DNA of 32,000 nucleotides from NCBI RefSeq assembly GCF_000195955.2, contig NC_000962.3:2640001-2672000 (forward strand), in the 5' to 3' direction. How positions within the stretch are numbered: the first letter of the stretch is position 1; the number at the start of each line of letters is the position of its first letter. The notes below the pieces were generated by a model that worked only from the letters and a program-made list of their open reading frames with translations, made no database searches and had not been told where the DNA came from. Position numbers and translations under genes: made by a program. Source of the DNA: Mycobacterium tuberculosis H37Rv (lineage in GTDB: Bacteria; Actinomycetota; Actinomycetes; Mycobacteriales; Mycobacteriaceae). This document shows, piece after piece, positions 27,263 through 32,000 of this stretch.

Positions 27263-30200
27263 GCGAAATGTCCACTTTCTGTGCGGTGTGTGAGCGCTCG
27301 TCGGCATCTTCGAGTTTCGCGACAAGTCCATCACCGGTGATGTCGCCCATGAGCGTGGCCAGCGACACCGTCGCGCCGATTGATCGTTTGAGTCGGTTAC
27401 GCAAGTCCAGTGCCAGCATGGAATCGACACCGAGATCGAACAGCGATTCCTGCAGGTTCACCTCGCCGGCCTGCGGGATCCCGAGCACGGCCGCCAATTG
27501 GGTGCGCACCGCGTCCACGATCGTCAGGTTGGGGTCGGTTGGACCCTCGTACCGTTCGAATTGCCTGCTGTCCAACAACATCTGCAACCGGGCCGCGTCG
27601 GCGGCGAACACTAGCGGGTCGACAGTGAATTCGTGCAGGCTCGCCTCGATCGCCTGCTGGGGCGCCATCTGGCGGAGTCCAGACCGCTCGACGCGGGCGA
27701 TCGTAACCGCATCCGCGATTCCCCGAGCTGGTTCGCCGGCCTTGGGGGCCTGCCATAGGCCCCATTTCACCGCCACGCAGTGCCTGCCCTGGGCGCGCAG
27801 CTGGGCGGCCATCACGTCGAGCAGCCGGTTGGCCGCCGAGTACGCGACCACCCCGTGTCCACCCCACACCCCCATCACCGAGGAACACAGCAGGGTTCGC
27901 ACATCCGGGCGCAGCGGCCACAGCTCGATCATCTGGGCCAGGCCGAGCACCTTGGCCGCGAAGTTGTCAACGACGGCGGCCGACGTCACCCCCGGTGCGG
28001 TACCAGAGATCACGCTGCCTGCCGCGTGCACGATCAACGAGGCGCCGACGCCACCGTATTCGGCTGCAATCGCTGACAACTGGGTGGGATCGGTGATATC
28101 GCACGGCGGCGACACGATCACGGTGCCATGTTGCTTTCTGAGCATGGCCACCGTCGCCTGATCCGCGGCGCGCCGGCTGAGCAGCACGATGCGCCGTGCG
28201 CCATGCTCGGCGAGATACCGCGCGTAGTGCATCCCGATGGCACCCGCGCCACCGGTGACGACGACATCGTCGAGCACGCCGGAGTCCAACGACCAGTTCG
28301 GGACGGCCGGGGCATCGGCGAGGGTTCGCTCGAACAGCGTGTACCCGTTTACCGAGCCGCGTAGCGCGGTCTCACCGAAGCCCCGCAGTACCGCCGTTAT
28401 GACCGAGACGCCGAGGACCGGGTCCAAGTCCCACGACGGCAAGTCCAGGTGGCTGAAAGTCTGTTCGGGATGCTCGAATCCGATGCTTCGATGCATCGCG
28501 GCCAGCGCGGCCTGGCCGGCCGACGGCACCGCGTCCGCTGCGTCGACCTGCTCGGCGCCGACGGTGACCAGACATACCGATTGGCAACGGGCACCGATAT
28601 GCATCGGATAGTCCAGCAAACCGGCCCCGACGAGGTCGGCGAGTGCACCGGCGGCCCGGACGGCGTCGGTGTGTTCGAAGTCGGGCGCGATCACCAGGAT
28701 CAACTCGGCGTCCCGCGCAGCACTCAGCTCGGTATCGGGGTGCGAATCAATTGCTGCGCACAGTGTTTGAGCCAGCGCGCGGTGAGCACCGAGATCGAGC
28801 ACTGCGAGGTGACGGTGCCGCCCAGCGACCGGTGTCGACGGCACCATCCGTTCCCACCGCTCAACCGCAATGGTCAGTCCGGACACCGGCGGCAGCGGTT
28901 CGGGGTGCGCCCACATCGGCACCGCACGCATCGGCGCGTTCGGGAACCCGGACAGATCGACGTCGCCGTCGAGTGGGTCACCGCCCAGGTCACCCCACGG
29001 GTAGCCAGGGTCAGCGACCGCCGCGCTAACAATATTCGCCGACAACGCATCAACAAACCGCTCGCCACGACGTGCCGACCCGACCAGCACAGCGGGACCG
29101 TCCGGCAGGTTGGCGGCGCCCTCACAGTTCTGACCGATCGCAAACAACAGCGCGGGATGGGCCGATATCTCGATGAACGCCCGTGCTCCACAGCGGATTG
29201 CCGATTCGACAGCGCGGTCGAAACGCACCGTATGGCGCAGGTTTGCGTACCAGTAGTCGCCGAAAGTGGTGCCTGGCGCCACCACGTCGCCGGTGGTTCC
29301 GCCGATGAATTGCACTGGCGCTTCCATAAATTCGGAGTCAGGCAGCTGCTCGCATAATTCATCGCGGAGCGATTCGAGCACGCTGGTATGCACCGGGAAG
29401 CCCACGGTGATCCCGCGGGCGAAGTGACCGCTGGACCGGACTGTGTCAACGATGGCCGCTACCGCTTGGCGCTCACCGGACACGGCGACGGTCGAGGAGG
29501 CATTGACCACAGACAGTTCCAGCCAGCCGCCGGTGGTCGCGATCAGCGCGCTCGCGTCCTGTTCACCGATGCCCAGCGCCGCCACCGCATAGCGACCAGG
29601 CAAGCGGCCCACCACGTTGGCGCGGGCCGCCACCACGGCCACAGCATCCGACAAGGTGATACTTCCTGCGAGATAGGCCGCCGCTACTTCGCCGAGGCTA
29701 TGACCGACTGTTAGATCGGGCAGCACACCGCAGGAACGCCATACCTCCGCCAGCGCAACGGCATGGACGAACTGCGCGCCTTCGATCTCGATCTCGCAGA
29801 ACGCTTGCCGCTCATCGGTTCCGGGCGGGGCGATCAGGTATGGCAGCGGCGAGTCGACACCAGCGGCCGCAAATGCGGCGGCGCACGTGTCGGTCGCGGT
29901 CCGATAGGTCGGCAGCTCGCGGTAGGCGACGGCGCCCATGCCCGGCCAATGACCACCCTGGCCGGGAAAGACGAACGCCTGGCGCGGGGCCGAGCCCAAC
30001 GACGACCGCGCGATGAGCGGATGCTCGCGTCCGGCGGCCAGCGCGCGCAAGCCCTCGGCGAGTTCCAGCCGGTCGGCGGCCCGAAGCACCGCCCGATGCC
30101 GACGGACCCGTCGGGTCTTGCGCAGCTGCCGAGCCACTTCGGTCACGGTCGTAGCCGGAAAGCGCTCGAGGTAGTCGGCGATGGCCCGAGCGTCCGGCCC

Positions 30201-30269
30201 GATCAGTTCCTCGGCATGGGCGCTGAGCAAAACCGCAACCCGCCCATCGGGCAGCTGTTTGGGGGCCAT
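27255..30269 (-). CDS. mbtD: mycobactin PKS MbtD: AT-KR-ACP
   Basis: Start at ATG 30269 ([15 protein letters not shown]...), giving 1004 aa. AT has [10 protein letters not shown] and GHSLGE (Ser 29697-29699). KR has [32 protein letters not shown] and AYSAAN. ACP is [12 protein letters not shown] (Ser 27420-27422). The start shares 1 nt with the mbtC stop (TGATG). Confidence 0.96.
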   Translation of the reverse strand: MAPKQLPDGRVAVLLSAHAEELIGPDARAIADYLERFPATTVTEVARQLRKTRRVRRHRAVLRAADRLELAEGLRALAAGREHPLIARSSLGSAPRQAFVFPGQGGHWPGMGAVAYRELPTYRTATDTCAAAFAAAGVDSPLPYLIAPPGTDERQAFCEIEIEGAQFVHAVALAEVWRSCGVLPDLTVGHSLGEVAAAYLAGSITLSDAVAVVAARANVVGRLPGRYAVAALGIGEQDASALIATTGGWLELSVVNASSTVAVSGERQAVAAIVDTVRSSGHFARGITVGFPVHTSVLESLRDELCEQLPDSEFMEAPVQFIGGTTGDVVAPGTTFGDYWYANLRHTVRFDRAVESAIRCGARAFIEISAHPALLFAIGQNCEGAANLPDGPAVLVGSARRGERFVDALSANIVSAAVADPGYPWGDLGGDPLDGDVDLSGFPNAPMRAVPMWAHPEPLPPVSGLTIAVERWERMVPSTPVAGRHRHLAVLDLGAHRALAQTLCAAIDSHPDTELSAARDAELILVIAPDFEHTDAVRAAGALADLVGAGLLDYPMHIGARCQSVCLVTVGAEQVDAADAVPSAGQAALAAMHRSIGFEHPEQTFSHLDLPSWDLDPVLGVSVITAVLRGFGETALRGSVNGYTLFERTLADAPAVPNWSLDSGVLDDVVVTGGAGAIGMHYARYLAEHGARRIVLLSRRAADQATVAMLRKQHGTVIVSPPCDITDPTQLSAIAAEYGGVGASLIVHAAGSVISGTAPGVTSAAVVDNFAAKVLGLAQMIELWPLRPDVRTLLCSSVMGVWGGHGVVAYSAANRLLDVMAAQLRAQGRHCVAVKWGLWQAPKAGEPARGIADAVTIARVERSGLRQMAPQQAIEASLHEFTVDPLVFAADAARLQMLLDSRQFERYEGPTDPNLTIVDAVRTQLAAVLGIPQAGEVNLQESLFDLGVDSMLALDLRNRLKRSIGATVSLATLMGDITGDGLVAKLEDADERSHTAQKVDISRD

Positions 30270-31603
30270 CACACCTCCCCACACTCGGGGCCACGCTCGG
30301 GCGCGGAAACGGTGTCCGGCATCGAAACGATCACGTGGCTATTGGTACCGCTCATCCCGAACGCGGACACCGCCGCGGTGCGCCATCCGTCAACGGCCCG
30401 CCACGGCGTGAGTTTGTCGGCCAGCCGCAGACCCTGTTTCTCCCAATCGATTTCGCGGCTGGGCTCGTCGACGTGCAGTGTCGGCGGGATCGCGGCGTGC
30501 TGGGCGGCCAGAATGACCTTCACAAGGCCCAGCCCGCCCGCCGCCGCCTGAGCATGCCCGATGTTTGACTTGACCGATCCCAACAGCGGCCCGCGTCCGG
30601 CCGGGGCGGTGCCGTAGCTGGCTGCCAGTGACCGCAATTCGGTGCGATCGCCGAGCCGGGTCGCGGTGCCGTGCCCTTCGACCATCCCGACATCGGCGGG
30701 CACAACTGCTGCCTGCGCGATGGCGCGCCGGAGCAGTCGCGTTTGCGCGTCGCCGCTGGGCGCGGTCAGCCCGTCGCTAAGTCCATCGGAGTTCAGGCAA
30801 CTGGCACGCACCTCGGCGAGGACACGACGCCGGTCAGCGGTTGCCCGCGACCGGCGCTGCAGGAGGAACATGGCGGCGCCCTCTGCCCAGGCGGTTCCGC
30901 TGGCGTGCGCGCTGTAGGGCCGGCAGTGGCCGTCGTCGGATAGCGCGTGCTGCTTGGAGAACTCGACGAAATAGCCGGGCGTACCCATCACGCACACGCC
31001 GCCGGCGAGTGCCAGGTCGCAGTCGCCGGCCCGGATAGCTTGAACCGCGGTGTGAAAGGCCGCCAGCGCCGACGAACACGAGGTATCGACGGTCAGCGCC
31101 GGCCCGGCCAGGTCAAGGGTGTAGGCGATGCGCCCGGAGATGACACCCAGCGACGTCCCGGTGATCAGATGGCCACTGTGGTGGGAGAATTCGGTCAAAG
31201 CGGGACCGTATTCGAGCGCCGAGGCACCGACATAACAGCCCACATCGTGACCGGCCAGGTCATCGGGATTGATCCCGCTGTTCTCCAGGGTGCGCCATGC
31301 TACTCGCAGCCCCACCCGCTGCTGCGGGTCCATCGCCGTCGCCTCGCGCGGTGAGATGCGGAAGAACTCAGGATCGAATGTAGTTGCGCTGGAAAGGAAT
31401 CCGCCAAGGTTGTGGATCGGTTTGAATCCGTTTCGACGCGACCCGTCGAACAGCTCGCGAAGTGCCCAACCTCGATCGGTGGGGAACGGTCCGAGTCCCT
31501 CGCGCTGTTCGGAGAGCAGTGTCCAGTAGTCGTCGGCGGTTTCGACACCACCGGGTGCCTCGATGGCCAGCCCGACGATGACGACCGGGTCGTTATCGGA
31601 CAT
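30269..31603 (-). CDS. mbtC: mycobactin PKS MbtC: stand-alone ketosynthase
   Basis: Start at ATG 31603 (MSDNDPVVIVGLAIEAPGG...), giving 444 aa; an alternative GTG is at 31609. The KS active site is VDTSCSSALAA (Cys 31076-31078), with the histidines in EGHGTATRLGD and KSNIGHAQAAAG. The start overlaps the mbtB 3' end by 11 nt. Confidence 0.96.
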   Translation of the reverse strand: MSDNDPVVIVGLAIEAPGGVETADDYWTLLSEQREGLGPFPTDRGWALRELFDGSRRNGFKPIHNLGGFLSSATTFDPEFFRISPREATAMDPQQRVGLRVAWRTLENSGINPDDLAGHDVGCYVGASALEYGPALTEFSHHSGHLITGTSLGVISGRIAYTLDLAGPALTVDTSCSSALAAFHTAVQAIRAGDCDLALAGGVCVMGTPGYFVEFSKQHALSDDGHCRPYSAHASGTAWAEGAAMFLLQRRSRATADRRRVLAEVRASCLNSDGLSDGLTAPSGDAQTRLLRRAIAQAAVVPADVGMVEGHGTATRLGDRTELRSLAASYGTAPAGRGPLLGSVKSNIGHAQAAAGGLGLVKVILAAQHAAIPPTLHVDEPSREIDWEKQGLRLADKLTPWRAVDGWRTAAVSAFGMSGTNSHVIVSMPDTVSAPERGPECGEV

Positions 31604-32000
31604 CGGCACTCACCATCCGGGCCACGGCGTCGAGGTGATCGTTGAGATAGAAGTGACCACCATCAAAGTGCGACAGCGTGAAGCGACCGGAGGTGTGAGT
31701 CTCCCAACTGGTCAACATCTCCCGGCTGATGCGGTGGTCGCGGTTGCCGCCGACCGCGTGGATGTTGGCGCGGATGCGCACGTCGGGTGGACATGAATAG
31801 CCGCTGAGGGCCCGATAGTCGGCCTTGACCGCCGGCACCAGCAGTTCAACGAATTCCTCGTCCTCGAGCAGCACGGGATCGGTGCCGCCAAGATCCACCA
31901 TGTCGGCCAGGACGTCACGGTCGGCGGTCGGCAACGGTCCGGACGCGGCCACCGTCGACGGAGCCTGACCGGAGGAAGCCCACAGTGCACGTACCGGCAC
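31593..32000 (-). CDS. mbtB: mycobactin NRPS MbtB, C-terminal thioesterase-like end only; 5' part off the right edge
   Basis: The reading frame is open to the window edge, so the apparent GTG at 32000 is an edge artefact. The tail ...ADYRALSGYSCPPDVRIRANIHAVGGNRDHRI...FTLSHFDGGHFYLNDHLDAVARMV is the C-terminal half of an alpha/beta thioesterase, with the catalytic His in GGHF. Confidence 0.9.
   Translation of the reverse strand: MPVRALWASSGQAPSTVAASGPLPTADRDVLADMVDLGGTDPVLLEDEEFVELLVPAVKADYRALSGYSCPPDVRIRANIHAVGGNRDHRISREMLTSWETHTSGRFTLSHFDGGHFYLNDHLDAVARMVSADVR

Overview
This 32-kb window (roughly 65% G+C by eye) is recognisable, protein by protein, as the Mycobacterium tuberculosis-complex chromosome from glyS to mbtB. 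That corresponds to Rv2357c-Rv2383c in H37Rv numbering. Names come from my memory of the protein sequences; no database was queried.

Gene content, left to right:
- glyS, partial
- the zinc-regulator operon smtB-zur
- Rv2360c-uppS-recO on the minus strand
- amiA2 on the plus strand
- the ribosome-maturation operon phoH-ybeY-corC-like-Rv2365c-era on the minus strand
- a doubtful ORF (Rv2369c)
- a PucR-like regulator (Rv2370c)
- a decayed PE_PGRS gene
- rsmE, dnaJ2 and hrcA
- the small ParB/Srx-like Rv2375
- the secreted antigen gene cfp2
- the mycobactin NRPS/PKS operon mbtH-G-F-E-D-C and the 3' end of mbtB, covering about 16 kb of the minus strand with every gene junction overlapping

I saw no rRNA, tRNA, CRISPR array, IS element or prophage, and no unexplained multi-gene block, so I cannot support a claim of a new system here.

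Observations worth a second look:
1. MbtE continues after its lysine module into an intact second condensation domain, a roughly 100-aa relic of an adenylation domain, and a second carrier domain.
2. Carrier and condensation subtype signatures around the MbtE/MbtF junction are unusual, and MbtF ends in an epimerase-type domain with an AHxxxD motif.
3. The MbtE C1 motif lies upstream of the first internal Met, which argues for a GTG start overlapping mbtD.
4. Two copies of a 62-63-nt palindromic element share the same 11-bp arms. One sits between convergent genes and one sits directly in front of era.
5. Rv2365c is a cytidine-deaminase-fold relic that has lost all catalytic ligands, at the position cdd occupies in Bacillus.
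6. A PE domain is fused out of frame to a PGRS scrap.
7. A perfect 8-4-8 palindrome lies inside the smtB-zur promoter spacer.
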